A DNA stretch of 64,000 bases, taken from NCBI GenBank assembly GCA_002633005.1, contig NMRA01000006.1:1384442-1448441 (forward strand), written 5' to 3'. Below are positions 62,720-64,000 of the stretch, piece after piece. Numbering within the stretch: position 1 is the first letter of the stretch; each line of letters starts with the position of its first letter. The DNA comes from Phoronis australis (taxonomy: Eukaryota; Animalia; Phoronida). A program made the position numbers and the translations under genes. The notes below the pieces were generated by a model, which did not search any database, was not told the DNA's origin, and was given only the letters and a program-made list of their open reading frames with translations.

Positions 62720-64000
62720 AGACCACCTACCTCTGTACAATTGGATTAATTTCTCCTATACCTAGATGAGGAGTGATTTCTGAGCTAAGGATATACTGAC
62801 AGTTTGGTGGTGCCTTAGATCCCGCTTGGTGCATAAAATAACTCGTGACAAGCAAACCACGTCCATACGGGATTCTGAGTGACATTTCAACTCTGACATG
62901 ATGAAGGAAGTCCAAATGCTTCTATCTCTAAAGGCATTTACTATATCGCCATATCATGCTCTATATGTAATGAGCTATGAGAAAGGTACAATGGTACTTA
63001 AAACAAATGCTCAAACGTACAGTTGATGATCAACTTAAAGACTAAGACAGGTTCATTAAGCTCGGCGATGTTTTTTGTTATCGGGATGTCTCTATTGATA
63101 GCCTGGGGGGTTTTCACACTTTGAACTCGTACGGTAAGAGGACCTTTGTCCGTGTTGCACAAGTTATGGACCAACAATGACCTAGAAAATAATGTAACAG
63201 ACACTTACGAGTATGTCTTAGATGCTAAACAAAGACTTGGGAAAACTTTTAAAGATGTTTCGGAAGTGTTACTTGAAAGTCAATAAAAACAAAAAGTATT
63301 AGTTTCGGTAGGAAGGCTATTGAGAGAAATTTGAAGGCGGGTAAAATGAAGTATTAATATTATTACCGTCAGATAATAATAAACTGCTTATGAATCGGAA
63401 AGGTCCATTTGCAGTTAAGGCAAAAATGTCCGGCCAGCATAATTATGCCACTGAAATTGGTGAGAACATGATGACAAACATAACATTAACATGCCCAAGC
63501 AATATGTCCGCCAGGAGAAAACCAATAGTGGCATCGGTAGCAGTGGCAGCGGTAGCAACTACAACGTTTGAGGATGTCGAAGATGTAATGGAATTGGAAA
63601 CTTGAAGTGTGTCCAAGATGGGTAAGACGGAAGCATATGACTTTGTAGATGTAAAGATAAATCCGGAATTGGAGGAGTCACAGAAGGCTCGACTTAAGGA
63701 TCTTGTGTTTGAGGTCTCTAATATATTTTCCTCCTTGCCTGATACCACGAATTCGCTAGAACATAAGGTAGTGTTGACCGATAAAATACCCAGACGAATG
63801 AACCTATATTCAGTACTTTATGTGTTAATTGTATGGCGAAATGAAGAAGATATTGATGACATGCGTGAATTGCATGTCATTGCATGAGCCGCCTGACTCA
63901 CCTTACTGCAGCCATATAGTCTTGCTCAAGGAAAAGGACAGTACGACTAGATATTGCCAACATATGCCCAAAGTCACAATTAGGTAACGAAATTCGACTG
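62720..64000 (+). mobile_element. Decayed gypsy/Ty3 LTR retrotransposon pol, Gmr1-like order (integrase then RT)
   Basis: HFNSDMMKEV..LL....TISPYH, RTVRGPL, LLPSDNNKLLM.RKGPF (integrase and GPF/Y), then INPEL...QK..L.DL......FS.LP..T..LEHKV, SPYCS.IVLL..KD.T.RYC (RT N-terminus); many stops and frameshifts. Confidence 0.85.

Overview
AT-rich, intron-rich animal genomic DNA, most likely from a marine invertebrate (lophotrochozoan-like; taxon not determinable here). The centre holds two convergent genes reconstructed exon by exon with consistent splice phases. DNAAF5/HEATR2 (+ strand, 12333-25425) has 11 coding exons and ~834 aa. VWA3A (- strand, 58459-30463) has 29 coding exons and ~1223 aa. 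Three segments appear twice, each pair joined at a single N (6164, 16781, 48584); the first copy always runs into transposon-like sequence, so these are most likely two haplotypes placed in tandem by the assembler. The flanks are dense with transposon remnants: a Penelope-like GIY-YIG fragment with a 5' inversion, LINE 3' ends, a probable solo LTR, hAT-like MITEs, a foldback/Mutator-like element with a 9-bp TSD splitting a tRNA-like Pol III unit, a HINE/DINE-like element carrying CTCF-like motifs, a THAP pseudogene and a Gmr1-type gypsy remnant. The least explained feature is a triplicated ~325-bp unit (988-1920) carrying a short basic minus-strand ORF. No CRISPR, rRNA or intact tRNA was seen. 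Family assignments come from motif recognition, not database searches.
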